Under the pieces are notes generated by a model. It saw only the letters and a list, made by a program, of their open reading frames with translations. It was not told where the DNA came from and made no database searches. Positions 15,411 through 15,604 of a stretch of 15,604 bases of DNA are shown here, in pieces. The stretch covers positions 1 through 15,604 of the forward strand of contig JBHLQH010000057.1 in assembly GCA_048884965.1 (NCBI GenBank), in the 5' to 3' direction. The first letter of the stretch is position 1. Each line of letters begins with the position of its first letter. A program made the position numbers and the translations under genes. Origin of the DNA: Candidatus Thorarchaeota archaeon (GTDB lineage Archaea; Asgardarchaeota; Thorarchaeia; Thorarchaeales; Thorarchaeaceae).

Positions 15411-15604
15411 TTATTTCTTCTTCTTCGGCTTTGGTTTTGGAGCGGCAGCTACTGCTCCTGCTCCTCTTCTCTTGGCACAGACAACTCCAATGATGATAAC
15501 TGCTGCAACAGCAGCCAAAATCAGGATGAGTGTTGTCGTATCAAGTCCGAATAGCCCACCAGCAGTCACAGTCACCAGAACGGTATCTTCTGAGAAGTGA
15601 CCTA
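15411..15604 (-). CDS. C-terminal end of a membrane-anchored surface protein (Ig/PKD-like last strand, TM helix, basic tail); truncated by the window edge and absent from the ORF track
   Basis: Manual translation: GHFSEDTVLVTVTAGGLFGLDTTTLILILAAVAAVIIIGVVCAKRRGAGAVAAAPKPKPKKKK*. Confidence 0.82.
   Translation of the reverse strand, partial: GHFSEDTVLVTVTAGGLFGLDTTTLILILAAVAAVIIIGVVCAKRRGAGAVAAAPKPKPKKKK

Noticed and set aside
1-15604. CRISPR arrays, tRNA/rRNA, IS elements, prophage or defence genes
   Set aside because: Intergenic gaps are all under about 180 nt, with no repeat-spacer periodicity, cloverleaf, or transposase, integrase or nuclease motifs seen by eye.

Overview
Gene-dense, moderate-GC archaeal chromosome segment, most likely from an Asgard archaeon of the Thorarchaeia type. 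This assignment is inferred from a stand-alone gelsolin-like domain, C-terminally anchored surface proteins, GGTGA/GGAGG-type SD sites and TATA-like boxes. I can support 16 CDSs, two truncated by the window edges: a D-cysteine desulfhydrase-type PLP enzyme, a B-box zinc-finger membrane protein, a MoxR AAA+ ATPase coupled to an 844-aa vWA protein, a PNPOx-like protein, a gelsolin-like protein, a wHTH protein, a SnoaL/NTF2 protein, two amidohydrolases, two surface proteins, a HEAT-repeat/winged-helix protein with its unknown partner, a 2-phosphoglycerate kinase-like protein, a DDAH and an O-methyltransferase. I saw no rRNA, tRNA, CRISPR array or mobile element. The strongest leads are: (1) the vWA protein appears to begin with a duplicated copy of its partner ATPase's lid/sensor-2 module; (2) a two-gene unit pairs a HEAT solenoid ending in an MCM/RPA-like winged helix with an orphan carrying PIP-box-like motifs; (3) a gelsolin-like eukaryotic signature protein lies next to a wHTH protein with a PIP-box-like motif. 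All family calls are by motif recognition only; no searches were run.
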